Below the pieces are notes generated by a model. That model did no database searches. It was not told where the DNA came from and saw nothing but the letters and a program-made list of their open reading frames with translations. A stretch of 64,000 nt of DNA. Origin: Narcine bancroftii. Its lineage: Eukaryota. The position numbers and the translations under genes were made by a program. Below are positions 63,962 through 64,000 of the stretch, in pieces (position 1 is the stretch's first letter; each line of letters begins with the position of its first letter). The stretch is from contig NC_091471.1 of NCBI RefSeq assembly GCF_036971445.1, forward strand, positions 151,528,001 to 151,592,000. Reading direction: 5' to 3'.

Positions 63962-64000
63962 CTTTAAAAAGGCAAGAGTTTAAAAGCAAAAACAAACTGA

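Noticed and set aside
1-64000. CRISPR array, prokaryotic operon or defence system
   Set aside because: No regularly spaced repeats or dense ORFs. The sequence is intron- and TE-dominated vertebrate DNA.

Overview
AT-rich, CpG-depleted vertebrate nuclear DNA, most likely from a cartilaginous fish (ray or shark; inferred from V-SINE/HE1-type SINEs, CR1, Rex1/Babar, fish-type L1 and Penelope-like repeats). There are three sized N gaps. I see no intact host gene, rRNA, functional tRNA or CRISPR array. Transposable elements fill much of the window: L1, CR1, Rex1/Babar, five young RTE copies, Gypsy and BEL/Pao LTR elements, solo LTRs, hAT-Charlie and Harbinger-like MITEs, and SINEs. They sit in the introns, and sometimes the exons, of a large decayed multi-exon gene on the minus strand. 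Its exon fragments are collinear with motifs I recall from the CCDC162/C6orf183 (DUF4549) family; this identity is from memory and was not searched. The most notable observations are: (1) a TSD-bounded ORF1-only 'half-L1' whose vestigial endonuclease shows pervasive sense-strand C->T change; (2) a twin-primed, 5'-inverted L1; (3) the CCDC162-like pseudogene; (4) a composite hAT MITE built from two mini-MITEs; (5) interleaved Gypsy and BEL segments; (6) several short, locally templated duplications. Boundaries of old repeats are approximate.
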